Shown piece after piece: positions 16,977 to 26,003 of a stretch of DNA of 64,000 nucleotides. The notes beneath the pieces were generated by a model, which saw only the letters and a list, made by a program, of their open reading frames with translations, had not been told where the DNA came from and searched no databases. The stretch's first letter is position 1. Each line of letters opens with the position of its first letter. Source of the stretch: a virus; IMG/VR virus record IMGVR_UViG_3300018007_000001. One strand, written 5' to 3'. The position numbers were made by a program, and so were the translations under genes.

Positions 16977-19868
16977 TTATCCCGGCTGATCCTGATTGAA
17001 TTTCAATTCATTCCACACCGCCGGCTGAGTCGGCGTGACCGGCAACGGCATCCATTCCCAGGTCGTCGCATTAGGCCGACCGATGTATTTTCCCCAAAAC
17101 CGAATCGATTCAATCCTCATATTCCCCGCAGGCGTAACCATAACTCTCCAAAGGTGTCCCTTGTAAGTCCCGGTGCAATCAAGAATGACCGCTTCCTCGC
17201 CGTCAGTTTCGGCAAGGTCAAAAGTGTTCAAAGTTTCAAAGGAACCGCCGCGCACGCCGCCATCGGATTCGAGCTCGAACGTTCCGGTAGAACTCGAATC
17301 GTAGGTTATTTCGATCCACTTGACCATCAGCACGCGCTCAGAACCAAAGTCCAGCGCGTCCGAAAGATAATATTCGCCCTTCGCGCCCTCCAAATAGGTT
17401 CCGTAGACTTGGAAAAGCGCCTTGCCACCATAGCATCGGAGATCCGTCCCGTACAGTACAAGCCGAAACAGGCGCCCTATCACCTTCACGTCTTGAGCGA
17501 TAACAACGGGCTCCCAGCGCCGATCACTTGTTAAGCTTATCGTGAGCCCGGTAGTCCGGTCTGCCGTAGGTTCGGGCCGATCGCTTTTGACCGTGACGTC
17601 CGCTATTGCGGAATTGTAAATATCAAAGACCATTTCACGAAGGCGACACATCTTGCCGCCGCCTGGTGAGAACTCCGCGGTATCGTATGCCTTGCCTTCT
17701 CTCGCGATGATGTAATAATTCAAGGCCATCTTGTAGATAATGACCTCGCTCGAAACCGTGCCTGTTATTTGAATCGCGCAGGTCCGCGCATCGAAGCCCT
17801 CGCCGACCGAGCTGAATCTCAATACAAACCGTCCGTCCCCGGTGATCGTCCCAAGCGCAACGGTTCCGGCGTCCGTTACCGCTTCAACCGTGAGAACCTC
17901 GGAGCCGCAATCCGCCCAAATCGTGAAATCTTCCCAACGCTTTTCGTTGTCGATCATTCCCCCGTTGAAGGCTTTCGACAGGTAAGTTACCTCAATAGCG
18001 CCGTCTATATCTGAGTACCCGCTTTCGAGCTCGACAACATCCCCGGCGGTTGTCGCCCCAAGAAGCGAATCAATATCATTGTAGAAACAGGTAAAGGTTC
18101 GGGTGTCTTCCATCCAGCGGTCAGTTGCCATTTCGTACTTGTAGGTCACCGATCCATCAGATGCCCAGAAGATTCCATTTCTATAGCCGACCGCGGCCGA
18201 ACTCGCGTCAAACTTAGAAAACGGCGCATCGCCTTTGAAAACCGGGTCAACTTTTTTTGAAAGGATCTGAGCGGCCCCGCCGTTGAAGAGTGCGAAGCAA
18301 TCGTTCATAACCGCCCCGTCGCCGTTCGGCCCCTGAGCAACACCATTCGCCGAAGCTATGCCCATCTTGCAGGAAGACTGGAAGACTGAGCCTGAAATCG
18401 CGCCCGGGTCGCCCTGAATAACGAGAACTCCCGCCTGCCCGTACATCCAAATGACGCCAGGCTGCATTGTCGCAGCCAGAAGATCGCCGACCGTTTCGTC
18501 TACCGCCTCCCAATCCCCATCGGCTAGTAGAGGGCCGCGGAAAGCATAAGGCTTGTTCAGGTGGCTCCAATAATACTTGTTCCCTCCAAAAGCTATAAGG
18601 CGTCCAAAGAACGGCCCTATTAGTCCACCTACGACCGGCGGCTGGTCGTGATCATCCTCGAGCTGAATATTCAGGTTCGTCAAATCGTCGTCGGCATTCC
18701 CATCCGTGTAGTCGGTTACGCCGTTCAACTTCGGGGAGTCCGGAGTCTCATAAACCGCGCCGAGGTTTCCCCCGGTCCTGTAAAAATTGACCTTTGTAAT
18801 TTGAGAGTCAACTGAGACTCCGATATTGGTTAAGGCGCCGGCGCCCCGGTTGATCGTGATAGGGTCCGAGATTGGCGAGGGATCGGTTTCGTGACCGGCG
18901 TCAGTCGTCCAGGTGTAATACCATTGAATATCATCGCCCTCGATCGGATGCCCCGAGTCTCCAATCAACTCCCAGGAGTCCCAGCGAATCGTTGTCTTCG
19001 CGTTCATGTCGGCTTTCACGCGAACCGCGACGGCCGTTGAGTAGTTCTTGCTTGGAGTCTGGCCGATCCTGAGCATGTACCCGTAGCGCTTCTTATCCTT
19101 CGCTCCGGAGTCGACGTCGAGAGGCCGCTTCCGAATGTGAAACGTGACCGTATCGCGCCCACCCTCTTGAATGTCTTTGGCCGCCATATACCCGGTGTAA
19201 TAGTCGAGTGTAAAGCTGCCATCGTTCACGTCAATATCAAAGGCCAGGGCGTTGACCGCGTTCCATTGCTTGCAAAAGACCCTGATTCGGAAAATGTCGT
19301 CCAAGGTTCCGCCGGTGGCGAAATCGGCGCTGATCGTCTTGGTGGCCGAATACACGACAGAAGAGGTCGCGATCAATTCGAGCGTGGGGGCATAGCTTTC
19401 ATCCCCAGAAGGCGTGACGCTAAAGCCCGCGCTGAAATCGACAACCTGAATGGTTGATTCAGTCGTAGTGTCCGCGGCCGGCTTATCGGTCGGGGGGACA
19501 GCGAGCCATTGCCAATTGCTGCTGCCATCGGATTTCTGTTGGCCGCCGGCCGACATGGCCCATAGAAAATCCATCCATCCTACAAGTCCAACTAGATCGG
19601 AAGAAACGCCGGTGATAATCGCTGACCCTTCAAATAACACCGAGCCGCCGGCTGCCGCCCAGACGCCGCCAAGAGCGCGGGTCATAGCAACGACGGTCGC
19701 CCCGGCACTGAAGCGAAGCGTATGACCTTTTCGAGATCGAAGGGCTCCCGCGGAGTCAAAGGAGAAGTTTTTGCAGACTTGCGCCTCCGAGTCGTCAATC
19801 TGATCGCCAGGCAACAGAACGTTGATGCCGCCGGCGACGAATTTTACTGTCTGTTTCTCGTAGGGCAT
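16977..19868 (-). CDS. large virion structural protein (tail tube/nozzle candidate by size and position)
   Basis: 963-aa ORF directly abutting 19869..20507. Beta-rich composition. No catalytic motif recognised. Confidence 0.45.
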   Translation of the reverse strand: MPYEKQTVKFVAGGINVLLPGDQIDDSEAQVCKNFSFDSAGALRSRKGHTLRFSAGATVVAMTRALGGVWAAAGGSVLFEGSAIITGVSSDLVGLVGWMDFLWAMSAGGQQKSDGSSNWQWLAVPPTDKPAADTTTESTIQVVDFSAGFSVTPSGDESYAPTLELIATSSVVYSATKTISADFATGGTLDDIFRIRVFCKQWNAVNALAFDIDVNDGSFTLDYYTGYMAAKDIQEGGRDTVTFHIRKRPLDVDSGAKDKKRYGYMLRIGQTPSKNYSTAVAVRVKADMNAKTTIRWDSWELIGDSGHPIEGDDIQWYYTWTTDAGHETDPSPISDPITINRGAGALTNIGVSVDSQITKVNFYRTGGNLGAVYETPDSPKLNGVTDYTDGNADDDLTNLNIQLEDDHDQPPVVGGLIGPFFGRLIAFGGNKYYWSHLNKPYAFRGPLLADGDWEAVDETVGDLLAATMQPGVIWMYGQAGVLVIQGDPGAISGSVFQSSCKMGIASANGVAQGPNGDGAVMNDCFALFNGGAAQILSKKVDPVFKGDAPFSKFDASSAAVGYRNGIFWASDGSVTYKYEMATDRWMEDTRTFTCFYNDIDSLLGATTAGDVVELESGYSDIDGAIEVTYLSKAFNGGMIDNEKRWEDFTIWADCGSEVLTVEAVTDAGTVALGTITGDGRFVLRFSSVGEGFDARTCAIQITGTVSSEVIIYKMALNYYIIAREGKAYDTAEFSPGGGKMCRLREMVFDIYNSAIADVTVKSDRPEPTADRTTGLTISLTSDRRWEPVVIAQDVKVIGRLFRLVLYGTDLRCYGGKALFQVYGTYLEGAKGEYYLSDALDFGSERVLMVKWIEITYDSSSTGTFELESDGGVRGGSFETLNTFDLAETDGEEAVILDCTGTYKGHLWRVMVTPAGNMRIESIRFWGKYIGRPNATTWEWMPLPVTPTQPAVWNELKFNQDQPG

Positions 19869-20507
19869 TTACTGTGCGCGTCCCCAATATGCGCCAAAAA
19901 TCTGCTCATACAAAGAAGCGATTCCGTTGCAGGTCCCTCCGACTTCGGGCATTTCAAAATCCGATTCCTTCAAATAGGCCTCGGCGATCACCTTGAATTC
20001 CAGATAGTCGCCGACCGCTGCCGGCGTGTTGATCGCGGTCGATTCATGCGCTTCGTCCAAATTGCAGGGGTATCCATGATAGATGACTTCTGGACTATTC
20101 CCCGCGTCCGCCAGCGCTGGAACGGGATAAAACCCAATCACATTCGGCCCGTTCTTGTCGGCGTACCATCTTGAAACCGGCGCCTGAGTCGTCGCTGCCG
20201 CCGTCTGATAGGCGTCGTCCAGGCATTCAAGCTCGTGCGTTGAACTCGCATTGAGGGGCTTGCCGTAGGTGACCTGCATCGTGTCCAGATGCAGGGTTGG
20301 AGTCGTGTAGATCCCGGTCCCCGAAACAAATACGATTGAGTCCGTGTCGCGAGTCACGAACGCGCCGTAGTTCTCGGCGAAGCGTTTCAGCCAATCGGCG
20401 AAGAAATCAGTCAACTCGGCGTCGGAAGTGAAAACCACGTCTGATCCCGAGGTCGCATGGAAAATGGGCCAGAGGTCGCCTATCAGTGTTTCAACATTGA
20501 GCGCCAT
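19869..20507 (-). CDS. virion structural protein (tail adaptor/tubular protein A candidate by position)
   Basis: 212-aa ORF whose stop abuts the start of the 963-aa gene. The call rests on position only. Confidence 0.35.
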   Translation of the reverse strand: MALNVETLIGDLWPIFHATSGSDVVFTSDAELTDFFADWLKRFAENYGAFVTRDTDSIVFVSGTGIYTTPTLHLDTMQVTYGKPLNASSTHELECLDDAYQTAAATTQAPVSRWYADKNGPNVIGFYPVPALADAGNSPEVIYHGYPCNLDEAHESTAINTPAAVGDYLEFKVIAEAYLKESDFEMPEVGGTCNGIASLYEQIFGAYWGRAQ

Positions 20508-20519
20508 CGCGCCAAAAGA

Positions 20520-20882
20520 TTACCAAAGATCCGAGGTATAGCGAAACCCCTGAAACCCCCGGAAAGGCATAGATTCAGGCGGACGACTAACGGGACCAGT
20601 GCAAAGAGCCCATATTTTCGGCCGTCGGATCGTGCGATCCCAGCATTCGCGAGCGTCTCCGTCTTCGTAGCCGGCTATGTTCAAGCGCACATCAACCTTG
20701 CCGTTAACGATCAAATAAAGATAAAGAACGTCGTGTTTCGGGATCGCTGGAAGCGCAATGGCAATGGCGGGTATCTGGCCGCGCTCAAGCTGGCGAATTG
20801 ATTTTTTGTATTCCTTAGCCCCGATTGACTTATCAGCATAGAGGCTGGGGAGCGTGCGAATAATGCCGGTCGGTCTTTCCAT
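20520..20882 (-). CDS. hypothetical protein (possible ASCH/PUA-like fold)
   Basis: 120 aa with the string ...DVLYLYLIVNGKVDVRLNIAGYE...FRGFQGFRY. The start codon is 9 nt downstream of the -10 of promoter b and has no SD. Confidence 0.5.
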   Translation of the reverse strand: MERPTGIIRTLPSLYADKSIGAKEYKKSIRQLERGQIPAIAIALPAIPKHDVLYLYLIVNGKVDVRLNIAGYEDGDARECWDRTIRRPKIWALCTGPVSRPPESMPFRGFQGFRYTSDLW

Positions 20883-20891
20883 AGGAACAAC

Positions 20892-20933
20892 AGAATAACC
20901 TTAATATGGAAATGGCTCAATTCCCCATTCGGG
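20892..20933 (-). promoter_or_regulatory. family promoter b: CCCGAATGGGGAATTGAGC-N17-TATTCT
   Basis: -35 TTGAGC (20915-20920), -10 TATTCT (20892-20897). ATG of 20520..20882 follows after 9 nt. Confidence 0.55.
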
Positions 20934-21041
20934 TCAGAATGGCAATCCTTGAACCCCGCCCAAATACTCGCCCCAAAAATACCCGAGCGCGAAAAACAGG
21001 GCCGCGAACACGATTAGAATAATTACAGCTTTCGTTTTCAT
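20934..21041 (-). CDS. small membrane peptide (35 aa) candidate
   Basis: Hand translation gives MKTKAVIILIVFAALFFALGYFWGEYLGGVQGLPF, with one hydrophobic helix. A TAGACT box lies 9 nt upstream of the ATG. Confidence 0.3.
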   Translation of the reverse strand: MKTKAVIILIVFAALFFALGYFWGEYLGGVQGLPF

Positions 21042-21066
21042 GTCGAGTCGAGTCTAGCATGCCTGG

Positions 21067-21109
21067 CCCGAATAGGGAATTGCGGCAATGCTTGTTTCCG
21101 GCTTACAAT
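21067..21109 (+). promoter_or_regulatory. family promoter c: CCCGAATAGGGAATTGCGG-N18-TACAAT
   Basis: -35 TTGCGG (21080-21085), -10 TACAAT (21104-21109). ATG at 21118 follows after 8 nt. The inverted repeat GCGGCAAT/ATTGCCGC overlaps it. Confidence 0.55.
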
Positions 21110-21117
21110 TGCCGCCT

Positions 21118-21594
21118 ATGAAATACGCATCTACGACGGAGGTAAGTAGCGAGAAATCACAAGCGGAACTTCGGACCATTTTGAACCGATACGGCGCGAC
21201 GAAGTTCGGCTATCTTGAGGAAGAATCGCGGTGTGCCATTATGTTCGAGGCTCAGGGTCGGCGCGTTCGCTTTATCCTACCCCTGCCTAGTCGAACCGCC
21301 CGGGAAGTTACGCACACCAAGGATCGCGGCCTACTACGCTCAGTCAACGCTCAGCATGAAGCTTATGAGCAGGCTATCCGGCAACGCTGGCGCGCACTCT
21401 GTCTTGCTGTGAAAGCAAAGCTTGAAGCCGTCGAGAGCGGTATCGCAACTTTCGAAGAAGAATTCATGGCCTATGTACTTTTACCCGATGGCCGGACGGT
21501 CGGGGAATGGATGCAACCGCAACTTGAGGAAACCTATCAGAGCGGGAGAATGCCGCCGTTGATGCTTACATCGGGATCTGAGCCGATCAACTAG
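21118..21594 (+). CDS. conserved-looking hypothetical protein on the opposite strand (moron-like)
   Basis: Start trimmed to MKYASTTEVSSEKSQAELRTILNRYGATKFGY... (158 aa). It is the only plus-strand gene inside the tail module. Its 3' end overlaps the 3' end of the neighbouring minus-strand gene by 4 nt (21591-21594). Confidence 0.6.
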   Translation: MKYASTTEVSSEKSQAELRTILNRYGATKFGYLEEESRCAIMFEAQGRRVRFILPLPSRTAREVTHTKDRGLLRSVNAQHEAYEQAIRQRWRALCLAVKAKLEAVESGIATFEEEFMAYVLLPDGRTVGEWMQPQLEETYQSGRMPPLMLTSGSEPIN

Positions 21595-22352
21595 GCTCCC
21601 ATTTGCTCTTTCGGCTGTTTCGGCTTCGGCTCCCTCGGCATCTTGACTTTGCCCTGCGGGGCCTTGCCGAGTCTGAATTCCAACCGCCCGCGGTCGAACG
21701 ACGTCAGATCAAACGGAATTTGATCGTACAGTGGCCCCCTCGATTTACTCATTACAAACGATCTATATTTCTGAGCGTTTGTCAGAAACCTTTGCATAAA
21801 CTGCATGGCGTTCTGCAACTCGGTTCCGCCCTCTTTGATCCGACATCCCCAATAATCGAAATCCTCAAGATCAATTATATGCTCGCCGGGCACAACCGGA
21901 ACGTCTGTCGGGTTGACCAATGCCGGAGGTTCGGCGGCGTAAGTCAAGGCGAGAGAATTGACGCCAGCCGCGGTCTGAGGATAAACCGCCAACAAGTCAA
22001 ATCCAGCCTGAGCGTATTTGAGAGGGTTCCCCGGCGTCGCGCGCCAAGTGTCGTTTTCAAGATCAAGCTGGTGCAGCGTGGCGGGGATCAATCGCGTAGT
22101 TCCGAAATTCACCCGGAGAGGCCGAAGGTAGTCGGAAATCTGCGAGCTGATTGTATAGAAAGCCTGGGTGTTCGTGAGGCTGAAGTTGGCCGTCTTTTGG
22201 TAGAATAGCGTAATCAGCGCAAAGAGGCGCTGCCCGACGTTGAGCCAGTGAAGATGTTCGGTCGCGGCGTAATAGACAAAGCCTGGATCATTGAGCCGGT
22301 TCGCAACGCGGCTCTGCATCGTTTCTACGTTGATCGGGCAGGGTGAAGACAT
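21591..22352 (-). CDS. virion structural protein (hypothetical)
   Basis: 253-aa ORF in the tail module with no recognisable motif. Confidence 0.5.
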   Translation of the reverse strand: MSSPCPINVETMQSRVANRLNDPGFVYYAATEHLHWLNVGQRLFALITLFYQKTANFSLTNTQAFYTISSQISDYLRPLRVNFGTTRLIPATLHQLDLENDTWRATPGNPLKYAQAGFDLLAVYPQTAAGVNSLALTYAAEPPALVNPTDVPVVPGEHIIDLEDFDYWGCRIKEGGTELQNAMQFMQRFLTNAQKYRSFVMSKSRGPLYDQIPFDLTSFDRGRLEFRLGKAPQGKVKMPREPKPKQPKEQMGA

Positions 22353-22358
22353 TCATTT

Positions 22359-22652
22359 TTAGCGTTTCGAAGGCTGGGCGCTAGCGGCCGGCCCTGGGGT
22401 CAACTGGATGATCGTGTCCGCCCTCGCGTAGATCAGCGCATAGGTTTGGTCAAGGAGCCCCTGAGCCTTCGTGAGTGCGGCTTCGGTGTCTTGAAACCAT
22501 TGCAAATCTAAGATCCCCGGCTGCGCCTGAGTGATCATAGTTTGAAGGCCGTTGTTTGCTGAGCGGATCGCGGCGGCTTTCTCATCAATATACGTCCAAC
22601 AGTTGATGATAATGAGCCAGATTCTTGAACACGTAGATGCAATCGCCGACAT
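22359..22652 (-). CDS. hypothetical protein
   Basis: 97-aa ORF with a hydrophobic N-terminal segment (RIWLIIINCWTYI) followed by helical sequence. Confidence 0.5.
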   Translation of the reverse strand: MSAIASTCSRIWLIIINCWTYIDEKAAAIRSANNGLQTMITQAQPGILDLQWFQDTEAALTKAQGLLDQTYALIYARADTIIQLTPGPAASAQPSKR

Positions 22653-22656
22653 TTAG

Positions 22657-23013
22657 CTACCTCTTTTTGGTCGTTAAGCTCTGGCGAAGTTCGTCAATTG
22701 ATTTCTTGACGGCTTCATTGTCGTTTTCGTCCAGGGCCCGGGCAAAAGCCGTAAACAGCGTTTCAAGCTTCGTGGTCCGCCGTTCAAGGTCTTCATATTT
22801 GCTCTGACCCACTATTACGGCGTCCATCTTGGTGTTCATGGCCGAAGCCCACCAGACGCCTCCTATCACTACAGACACCCCGCATACTAACTGCCCACCG
22901 AGAAACAGTAATACCGCCAAAAGTCCCGGTGATATTTTAAGGCCACCCCCGTTGGCGGTATTTTCAGCCATGATATGGTCAAATCGATCAGCAACTAACG
23001 CAAAAGCGCTCAT
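22657..23013 (-). CDS. membrane protein with C-terminal coiled coil
   Basis: 118 aa. TM segment LLAVLLFLGGQLVCGVSVVIGGVWWASAM, then KYEDLERRTTKLETLFTAFARALDEND. Confidence 0.55.
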   Translation of the reverse strand: MSAFALVADRFDHIMAENTANGGGLKISPGLLAVLLFLGGQLVCGVSVVIGGVWWASAMNTKMDAVIVGQSKYEDLERRTTKLETLFTAFARALDENDNEAVKKSIDELRQSLTTKKR

Positions 23014-23058
23014 AGCCTTCCGGCTTTCTGGCGAGGCCCTTAATTGTGAATTTGCCTC

Positions 23059-23274
23059 TCAAGCGTCCCTGTCGACTTTCTCGCATCGTCTCACGGCTTC
23101 CTTGAGTCCGCCGATTTCGCTGGCGATCACCACATGGTCTTTTTCGCGATGCTCGTCTACTCTCGTTTCGAGTTTTACAACTCGCGCCACAAGGCTGTAA
23201 TAGCCAAGTATTAAAAGCGTCCCAATGAGCGCGAGAGCCGCGTCGATCGCCAGCGAAATGTAGGTCGCGTCCAA
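23059..23274 (-). CDS. membrane protein with C-terminal coiled coil
   Basis: 71 aa. TM segment ISLAIDAALALIGTLLILGYY, then VVKLETRVDEHREKD. Confidence 0.5.
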   Translation of the reverse strand: MDATYISLAIDAALALIGTLLILGYYSLVARVVKLETRVDEHREKDHVVIASEIGGLKEAVRRCEKVDRDA

Positions 23275-23282
23275 TTCAAATC

Positions 23283-23465
23283 CTACTCCCCTGCCGCCCG
23301 TGGCCCCGCCTTCTCTTTGGTGTAGGCCGAGACGATTTCATCCCGCTTGATTTGCCGATGAGCCAGCCTGATGGCGAAGTAAATCGACCCGAAGGTCAAT
23401 ATCGTCATCGGCAAATCGTCCAAGAAAATCCACCCAAGATTTGACACCCACTGGTGAAAAGTCAT
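23283..23465 (-). CDS. small membrane protein
   Basis: 60 aa. TM segment MTILTFGSIYFAIRLA. GGAGGA SD upstream. Confidence 0.5.
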   Translation of the reverse strand: MTFHQWVSNLGWIFLDDLPMTILTFGSIYFAIRLAHRQIKRDEIVSAYTKEKAGPRAAGE

Positions 23466-23518
23466 TCAGTCCGTTCCTCCAACCTGCACGATAACGATTC
23501 CCAGGCGAACACGCAAGC

Positions 23519-25642
23519 TCAGTCCATCGTGCGCCAGGAGCCGTTTAGATACTGAACTTCGGCCCCGTGCCCGCCGGAAGATACGACCGTCCCTACCGCA
23601 TGAGAATCATCCGCAACATTCCCGCAGTCAGAGCAGTAAACCCTCGACCCGGCAACTGGCGCCCCTGGAAGGTTAGCCTCAGTGAAACTTTGGGATATTT
23701 CGGGGGTCAGTAGGTTGACATTCCCATTCGCATTCGCTGTGACCGTCCAAGCCCCGCTGTTGGAGGTTGCCAGAGTCAAGCCATTGAACGAATTCACCGG
23801 CTCAATGAAAACGTATGGACCTACCGCCAGGGCTCGCACCATCAAAATGAGCGGCGTATTGGCCGCGGCGTTGATCGCTATGGCCAGGCTTGTAGCTGTT
23901 ACCGCGAGCTGCGCGGCCGTGTTATTGCTTCCGAGGGTAAAATTGGTTCCCGCGGTCAAAGTCTTGGTGTAGGGAAAGCCTCCAATGTTCCCGCTGATCG
24001 TAACGGTCCCGGTCGGCGCCACGCTGTTTGATACGATCGTGAAATATTGAGATCCGACACCGCCGCCAATGTAAAGATTCTGGCCGGTCGCGCCTGGAGC
24101 CATAGTGGCCGCCGGCGCCGTTATCCAAGAAGTTGAATTATAGGGCGCAGTTGCGCTGTCGCCAGCAAGTCCGGTATCAGTGAAAGTCACAGTCGACCCC
24201 AGGCCTGCGCCCGCGGCGACGCTTCCAATGAGCCCCTGAGAGCCGCCCCCCGCCGTCCGGTAGATGTTATAGGTTCCACCACTGTTGGCGTTCATGGTGG
24301 TAACGGAGGTAACGGGGTTCGCGCCAACTCCGAAGGTCGTATTGACTGCTTGCCAACTGAGCGTGATGCTGTTCGTCCCGCTCAGCGTCGCGTTTCCGCC
24401 TCCGATCGTCGCAGTCGCACTCGCGCCCATCGTTGGGCCATTGTAAGGTCCAACGGGAACTATCACGTAAGAGTAAGTCGTTGATCCCCCCGTGCCGTTG
24501 ACAGTCAGAGCGGGGGCCGGCATAGACGGCTGCCCGAATTGGGAAGGCCCATAAACAAACATCTCGTTCATGTCGTTTACTTCCCAATCGGCCTCGCCCG
24601 TGTCGTCATAAAAGCCCGAGAGCCCGCCAAGAGCGCCATAATATCCATCGCCGGTCTCAGTATAGAAGCTAGAAAATAGGTTGCGGAAGCCGGGCCCAAT
24701 CGGCCATGCATAGCCGTCTTGAAACTCTAAGCGAATGAAAGAGGCCGGCGGGTTCGCGGTCGTACTAGCGTCCGACCAGATTTGAAATATCGGCTGGATC
24801 GATCCCGAACCACCGTAGCTGTTCGAGTTCAGATTCAAGGACAATGCGCCCTTCGTTCGGTCAACTATGATCTGTTGCCCGCTTGCCCCTGGGCCCCAAA
24901 CCAAATTCCCGCTCGCGTCAAGCTCTAAGTAGCCGCCTCCCTTGGCCGCCAACTTCAGCGGGATCGTAGAACTCGCGCCGGCCGTCCCTATTGTGACCAT
25001 GCCCCCAGCCGCGGCGTCCGTCACGTTCACATAATTGACCGCTGAGCCGGTCGCCGTCACGGCAACGGCCGTATTCCCATTTGAATCCTTCAGCGGCGCA
25101 CTAGCGGCGACATTCGTCAGTCCGCTCCCGTCGCCAGTGAAAGACGTGGCGCTAAGATTGCCAGCCGCACTAAACCCGAAGTCGGCCAGGCCGGAAACCT
25201 TCAAGTTGACGTCATCGGTCGCCGAAGTGGTCCCAAGAATCAAGTCCCATTCCGCATAACGGGTTACATTCGCATTGCCGAAATACGTTGCGAAGCTCCC
25301 CGAGGTCGTCAAATTCGGGTCCATTATCCCGAAGCTGTGCGAGCCGGTCGTCGTTATATTCGGCGCCTGAAGCACGCCGGAACCGAAAGTTCCGCCGCCG
25401 CCGAGCGCCGCGTAATCACCGGCATCCTGCGATGCGAGAAGCTGCCCGCTTCCGTTATCGAGGTAAATGATGGCCTGGCCCGGCAGACTGATTGGGGGCG
25501 GCGCCGTCCGGCCCCTAAACCTGAGCGTCGAAACATTCGTGATCGAAGTGGAGTCTTGGGCCTCGGCAACGTGACTGTAAAATCGTGCGTCGAGCCCGAT
25601 GGCGGCAAGCAAACATAGCGCGACCAAAACCCAATGTTTCAC
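23519..25642 (-). CDS. fibre-like G/T/S/N-rich protein with N-terminal signal-peptide-like segment
   Basis: 707 aa. GTG start with AGGTGG upstream. N-terminus is MKHWVLVALCLLAAIGLDARFYSHVAEAQ. The rest is beta-rich and low in charged residues. Confidence 0.5.
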   Translation of the reverse strand: MKHWVLVALCLLAAIGLDARFYSHVAEAQDSTSITNVSTLRFRGRTAPPPISLPGQAIIYLDNGSGQLLASQDAGDYAALGGGGTFGSGVLQAPNITTTGSHSFGIMDPNLTTSGSFATYFGNANVTRYAEWDLILGTTSATDDVNLKVSGLADFGFSAAGNLSATSFTGDGSGLTNVAASAPLKDSNGNTAVAVTATGSAVNYVNVTDAAAGGMVTIGTAGASSTIPLKLAAKGGGYLELDASGNLVWGPGASGQQIIVDRTKGALSLNLNSNSYGGSGSIQPIFQIWSDASTTANPPASFIRLEFQDGYAWPIGPGFRNLFSSFYTETGDGYYGALGGLSGFYDDTGEADWEVNDMNEMFVYGPSQFGQPSMPAPALTVNGTGGSTTYSYVIVPVGPYNGPTMGASATATIGGGNATLSGTNSITLSWQAVNTTFGVGANPVTSVTTMNANSGGTYNIYRTAGGGSQGLIGSVAAGAGLGSTVTFTDTGLAGDSATAPYNSTSWITAPAATMAPGATGQNLYIGGGVGSQYFTIVSNSVAPTGTVTISGNIGGFPYTKTLTAGTNFTLGSNNTAAQLAVTATSLAIAINAAANTPLILMVRALAVGPYVFIEPVNSFNGLTLATSNSGAWTVTANANGNVNLLTPEISQSFTEANLPGAPVAGSRVYCSDCGNVADDSHAVGTVVSSGGHGAEVQYLNGSWRTMD

Positions 25643-25649
25643 GTGCCAC

Positions 25650-25988
25650 CTACCTTTCTTCGAGCGCGTTCCAGGTCACGGTAACGGTTCCATCCGTTAT
25701 ATCGCTATCGATTCGCACGCGGAAGCAGTCAACCGGCCCATCAAACTGAATTCTATCTTGAGAGCCCGCCGCTGCCCAAGCGCTATTACCCTCAGTAACC
25801 CACGTATCGGAACCGGGGAAATTCGCCCTGCTCGCGGATTCCGCGACAACCGATCCGGCGCTTGAAGCCGAGCTATATTCAACATAAATCACAATGCTTT
25901 GGCAGTTCGCGGCTGGGATAATCGCGCTCGTGCCCGACGAAACGGCGGTCAATAAAGGCTGATCGTTTGCAAATTTGCGTCTTGCCAT
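25650..25988 (-). CDS. small beta-rich virion protein (hypothetical)
   Basis: 112-aa ORF between structural genes. Confidence 0.5.
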   Translation of the reverse strand: MARRKFANDQPLLTAVSSGTSAIIPAANCQSIVIYVEYSSASSAGSVVAESASRANFPGSDTWVTEGNSAWAAAGSQDRIQFDGPVDCFRVRIDSDITDGTVTVTWNALEER

Positions 25989-26003
25989 AAAAATCCTTTT
26001 TCC

